DNA of 42,217 nucleotides from positions 1-42,217 of the forward strand of contig NW_021835133.1 of the NCBI RefSeq assembly GCF_006345805.1. Reading direction: 5' to 3'. Position 1 is the stretch's first letter. Every line of letters begins with the position of its first letter. This document shows, one piece after another, positions 22,211 through 35,808 of the stretch. Made by a program: the position numbers and the translations under genes. The notes beneath the pieces are model-generated. The model was not told the origin of the DNA. It was given only the letters and a program-made list of their open reading frames with translations, and ran no database searches. This stretch comes from Octopus sinensis. Lineage: Eukaryota.

Positions 22211-22977
22211 GTTAGTGAAAATACCAATTTCCAGTGATAACTTCCCAACAGAGCGTCATGCACTTGTTAAGTTACTAATAGAGTGACAAGCCGAATTGTT
22301 TAATGATTATATTATCTAAACGTCTTTGGACATAACGTTTGATGATTTTCTTTCGATAGCATTTTCGAAATAATTGACATAGCTTGATGCTAATAGGTTC
22401 AGTATGGTTGATTGGCTAAGACGTTTGCTGCGCAGACACGAGATCCTGGCCTCGAATTCGCTATGCGATGTCCTGGACCATTGAGTAATTTTCTATAGCT
22501 TTGGATCGATCTAAGGTTTGTGCGTGAAATTGGGCAGATGGAAGTTGCTGAAACATGTCAGATGAATTGTACTTGTAATTCAAAGGTCCAATTTCGGCAC
22601 AACTTGTTACGCTGATTATACCTCAGAATTACATAAAGTAAACACATGTCCATGGATTGCCCAGTCATTCACAGGCTTGTTTAATAAGCCTGGTGGTTCA
22701 GTTGATGAAAAGACTGACTATTCGTGGTCGGAAATTCTGACCGAGATCTATCCACCACAGCCCGATGTTAAAAATGATTTACACTATCAAAAATACAGTA
22801 CCTTATTTAAAGTTAATATAATATTAAATACGATTTCAACTCTTTATTAGGAAACAAATGACGCCGAATATGCTCAAACGTTGGAGCCGTGTGAAATTTT
22901 CATACTTTCCACCAAAAATCACGGGCTAATTTCCCCTCAATATACCTCCTATTGATTTGATCACTGTCTACTAGGAC

Positions 22978-23347
22978 AGAAGCTTGAGAGGCGGTTGGAT
23001 AGAACTTACACTCGCCTCCTTATAAGAGCTCAAAATCTCTCGTGGAAGCGCCATCCAACCAAAGTACAAATATATGGGAAACTACCACCTGTATCATCTC
23101 TTGTGAAAGGTAGAAGAGTCCAGTTTGCTGGACATTGTTGTAGAGCTGAAAATGAGGCATTTTCTACTCTTCTCCTCTGGAAGCCATCTACTCGCGATAC
23201 CAGAGGGCGCACACTCTCCTACCCTGATGTAATCTCCAGGGATATAAGCATCCAGCAACAGGGCCTCCGTAATGCTATGATGGACCGTGAAGTCTGGCGT
23301 AACATGGTAAATTCCATTGTCTCGACCACGGTCGAACAATGATGATG
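22978..23347 (+). mobile_element. RTE-X-like LINE 3' end with 8-bp TSD
   Basis: LDRTYTRLL..NLSWKRHPTK.QIYGKLPPVS..RRVQFAGHC.R..LLLWKP..RGR..DREVWRNMV; (TGA)n tail; TSD ACTAGGAC at 22970-22977 and 23348-23355. Confidence 0.88.
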
Positions 23348-23954
23348 ACTAGGACGGAGTTATAATTTAGGTTCAAACTTTTAATGTGATACAAAAAATT
23401 AAACTTTTTTCAAATTAATTTGAATTGACTAAATACCAGGGCACCCTATTGAATATATTGGTTTCGTTTCGTGAGTCAAAATATGTAAGGAAAGACTTAT
23501 CTCAATTTTTTCAGATCACTCAACTTGCTCAGCTCATCCAATACTTCGGACACACTTCAGTCAACCCCATCCAAATCCTTAGATTCTCGTTACGAATTTA
23601 TTCAATTACGGGTGATAAAGCTCCATTATAAGGTATTAATTGCTAAAACACACAGGTTAAGAATGAAAGTTTCATTAAATTCATTTGTGTCTGTTATTTC
23701 ATTTCGTTTCAGTAGATACAGAAACAGTTTTGTCAACAAAACTTCAACGCAATTATCCCATTAATAGTTTGCATTCACCATCGGGTTTTTATCGACTATA
23801 TCATAACAAAACAATTACAACAGAATAGCAACAACAGTAATAGCAATTCTAAAGAGGATGATAAGTTAAGAAAACATATCTATGCATATAGACTCACAGG
23901 CACGAACATGTATATTTATCTGACAATATCTTCTTTTTCTCTACTTATTTATAT

Positions 23955-24045
23955 TGTACGTATGTATGTATGTATGTATGTATGTATGTATGTATGTATG
24001 TATGTATGTATGTATGTATGTATGTATGTATACACACACACACAC
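23955..24045. repeat. (TATG)n/(CA)n microsatellite
   Basis: Directly visible. Confidence 0.95.
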
Positions 24046-24085
24046 AAAACACGCACATACACATATACGCATATAAAGATATATA

Positions 24086-25319
24086 CGGGGGATGGACAAA
24101 ATAATGGAAACACCTTTCAAACAAATTTATTTTAATATGGGACAGGACCACATTTGGCAGTAATTACACCTTGAATTCTACGAGATATGGACTCGCACAA
24201 AGTTTGAATTGATTCCAAAGGAGTTTTTGTCCATTCTTCAGCTAAAACAGTCTCCAGTTCTTGTAGTGATGATGGTGGAGGATATCGACTCCTTACTTGT
24301 TTTTCTAAAATGAACCACAAATGTTAAATAATATTGAGATCTGGGGACTTTGATAGCCAGATAAGATGTTCAACTTCACTAGAATGTTCCGCGTGCCATT
24401 CAGTAACAACTTTAGCTGTGTGAATTGGTGCATTAGCATCCTGAAAGATTGCGTTTCCCTCCGGAAACACTTCCGCAACCATAGCATAAATTTGATCAGA
24501 TAAACTGCTCAAATAGTCTTGACTATTAATTCTGCCATGAAGGGAAACCATTGGGCCGGCGGATTTCCAAATTCATCACAGATACCTTCCATGTTTAACA
24601 GATGAAAGAAGGCAGTCCGGGTCAAATGCTTCTTTTGGCTGTCTCCACACATATACTCGGTTGGTGGTCGGAAATAAGGTAAAGGATGACTCTCCTGAGA
24701 AAATAACATTCTTCCACTGCTCCAGGGATCAATTCTGTAGGTTTTTACTCCACTCTAAACGCTTTGCAACGTTTGTTTTTGCAAGTAGTGGTTTTCTGAT
24801 TGCAGCCCTTCCGTAAAATCCGGCTTTGTGCAGCTCCTGTCGAACAGTTTTTGTGGAAACTGGGTTATCGAGGTGGTCATTAAGCTCAGTAGTAATGTTA
24901 AGATCTGTACTTTTGTGATCCTTTCTAACAATTCGCGTAAGAGTCCGACAGTCCCTATCTGAATGTTTTGGTTTCCTTCCGAAGTTTTATTTCAATGAGG
25001 AGGTTTTTCCCTCTTTCTCAAAGGCTGTCATTACTTTCGAGACAGTACATCTTGATACAAACATTTCGGCTGTTTTCATTACGCTAGCGCCTGCCATACG
25101 AGCACCAACAATTTGCCCTCTTTGGGAGTGCGATAGATCTATCATTTTAATGAATTTTAATCACCTTTTTCTGATGATATCCAAAAAGAAACAGCAATTT
25201 TAGCAAAGCATATTAAGCAACACTAATAATAAATTAAAAAAAAACAAAAAAAAAACTTTTGACGGTTTTATAGATATTTCAAAATTATGAGGTGTTTCCA
25301 TTATTTTGTACAACCCCTG
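24086..25319 (-). mobile_element. Full-length Tc1-family (DD34E) element
   Basis: TIRs C(A/G)GGGG.TG.ACAAAATAATGGAAACACCT at both ends with TA flanks; 1234 bp. Confidence 0.92.
24132..25145 (-). pseudogene. Tc1 transposase pseudogene
   Basis: MIDLSHSQRGQIVGARMAGASV..VSR.TVSKV; FQDANAPIH; SPDLNII*; SISRRIQGVITAKCGPVPY*. Multiple frameshifts and stops. Confidence 0.88.
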
Positions 25320-25354
25320 TATACACACACACATACACACATATATGCGTGCGT

Positions 25355-25525
25355 ATTCTTTTACACGTTTTAGTCGAGTAAATCGACCTAAGAACTTATT
25401 CTTTGTAAGCCTAGTACATATTCTATCGGTCTCTTTTACCGAACCACTAAATTTCGGGGACGTAAACATCGACTGTCAAGCGATGGTGGGGCGACAAACA
25501 CAGACACAATGACACACACACACAC
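25355..25525 (-). mobile_element. SINE family B internal fragment
   Basis: Reverse complement of the 7680-7820 region. Confidence 0.8.
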
Positions 25526-25537
25526 AAATATGTATGC

Positions 25538-25569
<32 letters not shown>

Positions 25570-25737
25570 TGTGGTATACACACATACACATATATGCAAC
25601 GTACTCGCGTTGTCGTCTTGTTGCATTTGTTCTTCGTATTTTGGGATTTACTATATATGCATGTACATACATACATACATACATACATACATACATACAT
25701 ACATACGTACGTACGTACGTACAGACACACACACATA

Positions 25738-26390
25738 CAGGGCGCGGTGAATAGACTGTCGTCAAAATTACGCGAAAATGAAAATAACATTGACATCTCA
25801 TTTTAATAGATATATTTACCAAAATTGCATAAAAATATCTTGAAATACTAAATAGTAAATTTATTTAATAAAATCGCTATTGGCTTCAACTGCGGACTCC
25901 AGACGACTTCGGAATCCTCTGCAGCTCTTCTGGACGGTCCCCTTATTTAAGTTGGTGAATGCTGCCGTAATCCTTGCCTTCAGTTCAGTTTTCGTGTTGC
26001 AAGAAGTTTTATTGGTGTTTTGCTCAACTGCACCCACACATAATAATCAAAGGGGTTGCAGTCTGGAAAGCTAGGTGGTCAGATGTTAGGGGTGATGTGG
26101 TCACAGAAATTGTCAGATAGCCATGTCTGAGTTCTCCTGTTTGTGTGATATGGTGCAGAGTCCTCTTCCCAGACATAGGGTGTTCCAGCAGCCGCCCTCT
26201 TGACTCAGGGCATCACTATCTCCTCCAGACACTTGACGTAAGCCTCCGCGTTGAGCCTGAGGCTGTGTGGGAAGATGGAGGCATAGCGTCGCCATCACTA
26301 GTGATGACTCCAAACACCATTATGTTGACCGGATGTTTGGTTGTTATAACTCTCGGTACATGCCCTCAGATTGACATCCAGACACTAAGA
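25738..26390 (-). mobile_element. maT (DD37D)-like transposon 3' fragment with terminal TIR
   Basis: Minus strand TKHPVNIMVFGVITSDGDAMPP..YVWEEDSAPYHT..PPSFPDCNPFDYYVW; terminus TA|CAGGGCGCGG at 25738. Confidence 0.75.
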
Positions 26391-26479
26391 ATCTTACCAA
26401 TAAACATGAATTTTTATAAATTTATTATTAGGTCAGAACTGAAACACTTGTAGGATTATAATATTTATATTAAATTAAA

Positions 26480-26865
26480 TCTTTATATATAAAAGTGAGG
26501 TTGTGTGCTGTCTGTCTTCTACGATTTAGATACCTAACTACTCCCACATTTTGCGGTGCAGTTTAACCAAAACCGGGTATCTTTTAGTCGTGATTCATAT
26601 CGAGCCCTTCTGGGTATTAGCGCGCGTCTACGATTTAAAAAAAATTTATCATAATTTTTTCCCATTTTAATGCATTTTTTCGCTATTATATAAGAGATAT
26701 AACTCTCTAAAAATGTCTACGATGAGTCAACGATTAAAAAAAAATTACCATCATTTTTTTTCCATTTTAATGCATTTTTTTGCTATTTGTTGGCTATAAC
26801 TCTCTAAAAATGCTTATATAGATATTTCCCTTACAAACCCGAGCAACGCCGGGCGATACTGCTAG
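26480..26865 (+). mobile_element. Non-autonomous Helitron-like element, family H1 (short variant)
   Basis: TC...CCCGAGCAACGCCGGGCGATACTGCTAG at an A|T target; homologous to 1725-2362. Confidence 0.8.
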
Positions 26866-26929
26866 TTAATAATCTTATGTTAATAAATTAAAATGTATCA
26901 ATCGTAAATCTTCATTTTCTTTTCAATTT

Positions 26930-26963
<34 letters not shown>

Positions 26964-26964
<1 letters not shown>

Positions 26965-27371
26965 TAGCAGCATAGCCCGGCGTTGCCCGGGTATGTAAGA
27001 GCCCCTAGTAGGCAACGACTAATCCCAATCTAGTTCTTTCCCTCTAGGGAACGAAGGTGCATGTGTAGGTTGCAACGTCTTCTCTTCACTCGAACACTTC
27101 TATGTATACGATGTTCCTAGCTGTCTCCTGACAGAAAATGTGTTGCATATAAAAAGCTTAGATTCTCGACCCCATGTCGAATTTATCGATTTTTTTCAAA
27201 ACTGGGGGAACTTTTCAAAATTTTCGCTGCGTTAGTTTTGAATTATGACATTGGGCTGTGTGTGTGTCAAGTTTCATCAGAATCGGTTGAAAGCCGTGGT
27301 CAGGGTGAGGGTACAACCTGACAGACACACAGACACACAGACAGACAAACTGCCGTTTATATATAGAGAGA
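26964..27371 (-). mobile_element. Non-autonomous Helitron-like element, family H2
   Basis: Minus strand 5' TCTCTCTATATATAAA and 3' hairpin CCCGGGCAACGCCGGG followed by CTATGCTGCTAG; body unrelated to H1. Confidence 0.75.
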
Positions 27372-27384
27372 TATTGTATATAAA

Positions 27385-27430
27385 TGGCGGTGCCCCAGCA
27401 TGGCCACAGCTCGTGAGCTGAAACTAGATA
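27385..27430 (+). mobile_element. SINE family B 3' tail fragment
   Basis: GGCGGTGCCCCAGCATGGCCACAGC..CTGAAAC..ATAAAAT. Confidence 0.6.
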
Positions 27431-27499
27431 AAATAAAAAAAATAATAAAATAAAATATGCAGTCTTGTTTCAACTATATTGTAAATTTCAACTATATAT

Positions 27500-27648
27500 A
27501 TATATACATACGGGCGTCTTTCAGCTTCCGTCTCACAAGGCTTTGCTCGGTCATAGTAGAGAACACTGCCCAAGATGGCACGCAGTGGAATTGAACCCGG
27601 AACCATGTAGGTGAGAAACAAGCTTCTTACCACACACCCACGCGTGCC
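27500..27648 (-). mobile_element. SINE family B 5' half
   Basis: Reverse complement of the GTGTGGTAAGAAGCTTG..ACATGGTTCCGGGTTCAATTCC head. Confidence 0.75.
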
Positions 27649-28999
27649 TCAATATATCCTATACATACATACATATTTGCCTAGAAGTAGAAAGACAGAC
27701 TCAGTAACGTGCATTTATATGAAAAGTTGCGTATACAGTTTATCATATCTATACTGAGTCTCATCTTTACAACTGTTTCGAAGGATCGATGACTAGTTGA
27801 TATAATAGAACATAGTATGCAGTCAAGTGCAATGTTGAAATAATATTTAGGTATACAAAAAAAAAAAAGAAAGCAAAATCTCATCTATCATTGATTTAGC
27901 TCCGTGTAGAAGAATCATGACATTCTCTTCAGAAGACGAAGAGTGGAGTTTATGATCCTGATCTATTTAAGTACTAGTTAGTGACTATCTGCACTCGCAT
28001 TTTATCACTCATTGTTTATACGTACATACATACATACACACATACATACATAGTTATATGTACGTGTGTATGTATAGTGTTGTCACAAGTAGTTACTGTT
28101 TTTGCTTGTCTATTGGTATTGCCCTGTATTGTACTGCTTTCGTACACCGTATTTTATTGTAAGGCGATGCTCCATAGCGTCGAATATTCCAAATGTATTG
28201 TTCATGATATTAGATGCTTGCACCAGATCGAGTACGTCAATACACAACAGTGAATCATATAAAATAAAACAAGAAAGTGCAGCATGTTACTTTTATTCCA
28301 CTCTCTAATCTGTTCCTGTACTTCGGCTGGTTCTTGTTGTGGCCACAGCTGAGATGGTCGAGGCGGACTTGCTTGTTGTACTCAAGCTGTTCATCTGAAT
28401 GTGTCATTGGTTGTACATATGTGTGTACTTTACATCACAGTGTTTTATACTAATGACGTTAGTGATACTGCTGTTGCTATTTTTGTGCGTAAGTGCAATC
28501 TCTGTGTTTGTCTAGATTAAATAAAAGAGGAGAGTAGTTTTAAGACAGCGTTACGGTTATAGTTAAGTGTAGGTTGACATACTTTATTTAGTGAATCAAA
28601 AACATTTTTTTTACCAATTGAAATTAAACCAGTAATGAGAAGAAAGCCATCATTGGCGTTAATAATTATTTTTGACAAGGAGACAAGGTAGAGGACCCTA
28701 AAATGAAAAGTGGCTCTAATTTAAGCAAAGTTATATAGCAATTACAGTGATAACTTCAGAGGTATTTCGGTCTCAGTAGTGGCCTTGTTTAGCTCCAGGT
28801 CAATTCCAGTCGAACACACATAAAATCAACAGGGTTCTAGTCACACACCATCAACTCAGTGAGGAAAAGATGTTCAGAATCAAAGACCATCTGGAAAAAT
28901 ATTATTTTTATCAAGCGTGGCGTATATCACTGTCTAATACGCTTTTCTTTTTTAGACAGTTGGGTACAATTTAAATAAAGATTTGGCTTTCATTTCTCG

Positions 29000-29290
29000 C
29001 TGTTGATCACATCTCCATCATCCAGCTCTGAACCATCCCAACAATAAATCATCTTTCCATCCCGCTAACCTCCGTATCCTCCACATCTTTCTTGATCAAC
29101 ATTTTCTTTCCATCCGATGTGAACGCAATTTGCAGAACTTTCTGGTCAACAGTTCTTTCGTCCTTACGTCACCTAATCTGAATTCCTTGCCTACTCTCAT
29201 CTCGGCTGCGATGCTAGGTATGTTTCGCCTGCACCTCTATATATCACGCCCGCTTCATCTGCACGTCTAAAAATGCAATTTTTTGTATCA
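29000..29290 (-). mobile_element. Possible old RTE-like LINE remnant
   Basis: Decayed minus-strand peptide resembling the RTE C-terminal region (..RKDERTVDQKVL..IKKDVEDT..). Confidence 0.25.
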
Positions 29291-29850
29291 AATAGCTCTC
29301 TGGTTTATTGCATTTTGTAGAAACTGGTCACACAAATCACTAACTATTCTTGGATACACTTATAGAAATACGCTCATATATGGCCATCGCCTGATTAATC
29401 CTTCGCTTATTTATTTTCACACTCTTTCGCTCTTCTCTGCTAGAAACTACAAACTCTAATTATTTCAGCTTGCCATCTCAGCAAACTTCATCTCTGATTC
29501 CCACACAACTTTTACCTTCCATTTTCTTTATGTAAGCTTATGATGTCATGGTGGATTAATTCTTGAATGTTTAAAAGTGAGCAGAAATAGGCGATGCGTC
29601 TATGTGGTGCTGCTTCAGCCTTTTAAGATTCCGTCTAGCTTTCAAAAAGGAAATGTGATGTCTTTATTGCAGATTTATAACTGGTCAACTTATTATTACC
29701 TCTTGTTCTAGATATGTTAACTCTAATTTCACAATTGCTTCTTATGGAAATTGGATTATTCATTCTCTTGACATCTCAAGTTTCCAATACTAATTTGTAT
29801 TTACTTGCTGCATCTTGCATCATTACGTCGGCTGCTACGGTGAAATCTAT

Positions 29851-29892
29851 GCTACGCTGATGAGGTCATAATAAACCAAAACGTGTTAGGAG
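29851..29892 (+). ncRNA. Decayed PLE-type hammerhead ribozyme motif
   Basis: CUGAUGA GGU-CAUAAUAA-ACC AAAAC GU GUU followed by AAATAAATAAA. Stem II is perfect; GAAA has become AAAA. Confidence 0.45.
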
Positions 29893-30727
29893 TTGTTTCC
29901 CACGCTTGAAATAAATAAATAATGATATTATTCATTGAGTAATATTGCATTCTTTGTTCTTGTTTCTCCTCCCACCCACTACAGAAATGTTTCTAGCCAA
30001 CTTTTAAATTTTCCCTGCATTAAATATGCTGAGATCATATTAGTGTAATTATATTAACGTATGAAATATGGAAAAATTAATGCTGCGCTGTGTAGTATTG
30101 TACTGCTTGTTTTTATGGTCTATGTCTATAAATGTTGGTCATTTCTGTTTATTTTCTTTGGTTGCTTCGTACTGAATTTTATTTCTGTTCATTATGGTGT
30201 TAGCGCCTTATATATTAGTGGATTCTGAGTCTAGGTTGACTATTTCCGGTTGCAATTTGGATTATATTATGTTGCCTTCTGAGATATACTTTTTCGGAAG
30301 TTTCCACAATAATCTTGATGAAAGTTTGCGCTGATATAGAATTTGTCAAACTGAAATATTGGCTTTATAATACTGGTACCATCAAGTTTTATTGAAGTTT
30401 GCAAAATTTAGCGATGAATGATTGTACTGCGACAACAACAGGTAGATTATCGGAGGTGAGTTAGATAATTGTTTGCCTTGCGCACCTGGTAGCTAGGTAA
30501 AGTCTGGAGAGGTGTTATTAATTTGGTTACCTTGGTAATATAGATTCGATCTATCTTGATGTGTATAGGGAACTCTGATTAATACTCAACCGAAAGCTGT
30601 TGACATGATCTTGTGCGGTTGAGTAGATCATATATACAAGTAGACAGTATAAATGGAAATGTATATACACATGCATATGACACTCCTTTCACCTCAATTC
30701 TTGTATATACTTGTTGGGATATAAATC

Positions 30728-30734
<7 letters not shown>

Positions 30735-30760
<26 letters not shown>

Positions 30761-30761
30761 A

Positions 30762-30806
<45 letters not shown>

Positions 30807-30869
30807 GTATATATATATTATATGTATATATATATAATATATATATAAATATATATGTATATATATATG

Positions 30870-30900
<31 letters not shown>

Positions 30901-30932
30901 GTAATATATATATATATATGTATATATATATG

Positions 30933-30987
<55 letters not shown>

Positions 30988-31032
30988 GATATATATATAT
31001 GTATATATATATTATATGTGTATATATATATG

Positions 31033-31064
<32 letters not shown>

Positions 31065-31191
31065 TATGTGTATGTATATGTATATATATATATATATGTG
31101 TATATATATATGTATATATATATATATATATATATGTGTATATATATATGTATATATATATATATATATATGTGTATATATTATATGATAT

Positions 31192-31255
<64 letters not shown>

Positions 31256-31363
31256 GTGTAATATATATATATATATATAGGTATATATATATATATATAT
31301 ATATATATGGTGTATATATATATATATATATATGTGTTATATATATATATATATATATATGTG

Positions 31364-31428
<65 letters not shown>

Positions 31429-31436
31429 TATGTGTG

Positions 31437-31467
<31 letters not shown>

Positions 31468-31476
31468 GTATATATA

Positions 31477-31520
<44 letters not shown>

Positions 31521-31551
31521 TATATGTATATATATATATATGTATATATAT
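30735..31551. repeat. Long interrupted (TA)n array
   Basis: Directly visible; source of the poly-YI ORFs. Confidence 0.95.
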
Positions 31552-32778
31552 GTCATCTACCTTGATTTCAGTAAGGCCTTCGACAGGGTCGATCACAAGA
31601 TCCTATTGAAAAACTACAACATTGGTGTCTCTGGAAAGTTACTGAATGGATTAAGTGTTTCCTGACAGACAGATCTCAACATGTTGTTGTTGAAGGGGTA
31701 AAATCAAGCCCAGCCAAAGTCAGTAGTGGCGTTCCGCAAGGCACTGTGCTGGGCCCACTTCTTTCCATCATTTACATTAATGACATTAATGACATCATCA
31801 AGCACAGCAACATAAAAATCTTTGCAGATGACTCCAAGCTACAGAAGGTCTAAATGAGGCGAGTGACCGGACATGCCTTCAGTCAGATCTACTGGCTGTT
31901 ATCAATGGGCAGGAAAAAACAATATGTGCTGAACGAGGATAAATTTGAGCTAATCCACTTTGGAAAAGAGGATGCCCTGAAACTCCCATACTCCTTCCTT
32001 CAGGTGAAACTCTCGCGGCGTCCAACAACATCAGGACTGGGAGTAATTGTGGACAACAACGTAAGAGGGGCCACTCATATAAACACCGAAGTTGACATGG
32101 CCCGCAGAATGTGTTCCTGGATTCTCAGAACTTTCCAGTCGAGAGATATCCACACCATTATCCTTCTCTTCTCCACTTTTGCCCGAACCACCTTGAATAC
32201 TGTTGTCCACTGTGGTCTCCCCCACAATAAAAGGTATCATAAAAGTTGAAGCACCTCAAGGGCAATCACAAAAAAAGATAGATGGCATGACAGGCCTCGA
32301 ATATGGGGTCGACTAGAAAAGCTAAAACTCTATTCTCTCCAACGTCGTCGTGAGCGTACATCATCTGCATGATGTGGAAAATATTCCATCAGCATGCCCA
32401 AATGAGTTGGCATCACCTTTACGTACATCCAAGGCTTGGGCCCCGTGCCATCCGCCCACAAACAAAAATCGCACTCTCATCTCATAACAACAATACGGCA
32501 CAATTATTTCACCTCAATTGGCCCCGCTCTCTTTAACATTACACCAAAACACATTAAAACAGAAACTGACCCTATAGGGTTCAAGAAGTCTTTGGACAGA
32601 TTCCTTCAAGAAATCCCGGATAAACCCCCTACACTCGGATATGTCTCTGTAAACAATAACTCTCTACTTGAGTGGGCCATAGTGCCCAAATTCTGACTTG
32701 AAAGACTTCACCAGGTGGTGCTATTAAGTTAGACATGGCCTGGGCCAATAATGGCCGAAACCTATCAAAGTATCAAAG

Positions 32779-32779
<1 letters not shown>
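31552..32779 (+). mobile_element. CR1-like LINE, 5'-truncated (RT pseudogene plus 3' UTR)
   Basis: [41 protein letters not shown]; frameshifted. 3' stem-loop GGCCAATAATGGCC and (TATCAAAG)2 tail. Confidence 0.92.
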
Positions 32780-33460
<681 letters not shown>

Positions 33461-33924
33461 TCGCTAATAGTATGCAACCATCCATACATATCGCTCTCTC
33501 TCTCACTCTCTCTCCACGCACGCACTCAACACACACCACACACACACACACACATATTGCACATACACATACACACACAGACACACATATATGCAAACTT
33601 AGCAATAAGATGCTCGAAACAAAAAACTGCACCAAAAAGGCAGGGAAAAAAGCTATGACATTGGTTTTAAAAGATATATACGGAAGGTACGTAGAAAAGA
33701 TGTAGACAAAATCTGGAGATATTTTAGAAGAATTTAGCAGCTTTCTGAACGAGTTATGCCATGCCCTAGAAATTTACAAACGAGACGCGAGCACTACATA
33801 AGTACAAGTATACAAACATACAACCACACACGTAAAATACTGAAATACAAATAAAACACACTTTCAGAGAGGCGTTGGGATGAATTAATAGGCAACCATA
33901 AACATACACACACATACACATACA

Positions 33925-33967
<43 letters not shown>

Positions 33968-33988
33968 CACAAAGCACACACACTCAAA

Positions 33989-34022
<34 letters not shown>

Positions 34023-34227
34023 GACACACACACACACACACACAAAGACACACACACACACACACACAAAGACACACACACACACACAAAAATCATTAAT
34101 ATGAGTAAGTTGTTTATAGGAAAAAAGGAAAAAAAAACAGTAAAAGTGGCCAAATATATAACACCACCACCACCACCACCACCACCACCACCACCACAAG
34201 CAGCAACAACAACAAAAACAACAACAA

Positions 34228-34300
<73 letters not shown>
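33925..34300. repeat. (CA)n with periodic AAAG interruptions, then (CAC)n(CAA)n(CAG)n
   Basis: Directly visible. Confidence 0.92.
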
Positions 34301-34741
34301 GACAATACTAAAAGTAAAGAGTAGACTAAACAAAGCAACGAATGACTATCGGACATCGAATCACTCCGAGCTACTTCCAAATTGATTCTTCACCGCCCTT
34401 CTCAGAATAACATGCAAAAAAAAAAACGCCATAAAATAAATTGATTCGCATATGTACATCCCTCACACACACACACACACACACACACAAACATGCACAA
34501 CACACACACACACACACACACACCTGTGTGTGAGACTCTATAAAAATATATAAATGTCTTGTCCGCTGAAAGCGTAAAGTGAATTCATTGTACGGTTTTC
34601 GCTATTGATTTTGAATCCTACAAAAGCAGTGATGTTGTTTGAAAACTACGTCAGTGAGAAATGAGGGTCGCTTCTTTTATTGATAGATACATAAATACAT
34701 AGCCATGCGTCTCATACGCGCACATTATATAATATAATATA

Positions 34742-35138
34742 CTAGCAGTATCGCCCGGCGTTGCTCGGATTTGTAAGGGAAATAACTATATAAGCATTTT
34801 TAGAGATGTAATGTCAAATAGCCATCTCAATATGGCTAACCACAAAGGGGTGGGGTGTTACTGTAGCTTTTTACGTTCTGAGATTTAATAATAAATCTTT
34901 AGAGAGTTACTTCCCTTATATATGCCAAAAATGCATTAAAATGGGAAAAATTGATGGTAAATTTTTTTTTAAATCGTAGACTCATCGTAGACGTGCGCTA
35001 ATACCCAGAAGGGCTCGATATGAATCACGACTATAAGATACCCGGTTTTGGTTAAACTGCACCGCAAAATGTGGGAGTAGTTAGGAATCTAAATCGTAGG
35101 AGACAGACAGCACACAACCTTACTTTTATATATAAAGA
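34742..35138 (-). mobile_element. Non-autonomous Helitron-like element, family H1 (variant with alternative internal module)
   Basis: Reverse complement of H1 with TC and CTAG ends; 34806-34895 differs from the other two copies. Confidence 0.8.
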
Positions 35139-35203
35139 TATAGACGTACTCTCGCATATATATGCAAACACATACACATATATACACATACACATACGTA
35201 TAT

Positions 35204-35424
35204 TCTTTTATTTGTTTCAGTCATTCGATTGCGGCCATGCTGGAGCACCGCCTTTAGTCGAACAACTGGACCCCAGGACTTATTCTTTATAAGCCTAGTA
35301 CTTATTCTATCGGTCTCTTTTGCCGAACCACTAAGTTACGGTGACGTAAACACATCAGTATCGGGTGTCAATCGATGTTGGGGGGACAAACACACAGACA
35401 AACACACACATATATATATATACC

Positions 35425-35485
<61 letters not shown>

Positions 35486-35494
35486 ATCTATATA

Positions 35495-35558
<64 letters not shown>

Positions 35559-35719
35559 GACAGGCTTCTTTCCGTTTCGTCTACCAAATCCACTCGCAAG
35601 GTTTGGTCAACCCGAGGCTATAATAGAAGAGACTTGCCCAAGGTGCCACGCAGTGAGACTGAACCCAGAACCATGTGGCTGGTAAGCAAGCTACTTACTA
35701 CACAGCCACTCCTGCGCCT
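35204..35719 (-). mobile_element. SINE family B, full length with expanded internal (TA)n
   Basis: Reverse complement of 40830-41236 from head to tail. Confidence 0.9.
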
Positions 35720-35808
35720 ATATATATAGGGATAGGTATATTTTTCTGAGCTCCTTATAAAAGTTTGAGCGACTCTGCACAAGTAGGAAGAACAAACAGC
35801 TGAAAAAG

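Noticed and set aside
25171-25200. CTGATGA..GAAAC in the Tc1 5' region (similar CTGATGA hits at 8557-8563, 22006 and 27273-27279; CTGAAGA near 27930)
   Set aside because: No stem II or stem I pairing, or no GAAA; chance heptamers inside other elements.
32735-32765. GGCC-AATAAT-GGCC-GAAAC resembling hammerhead stem II plus GAAA
   Set aside because: No CUGANGA upstream; better explained as the CR1 3'-terminal stem-loop.
34101-34385. Poly-Pro/Thr/Ala ORF, or poly-His/Gln in another frame, resembling a transcription factor tract
   Set aside because: Pure CAC/CAA/CAG repeat. The His/Gln frame is bounded by TAA immediately before and shortly after, with no splice signals or domain.
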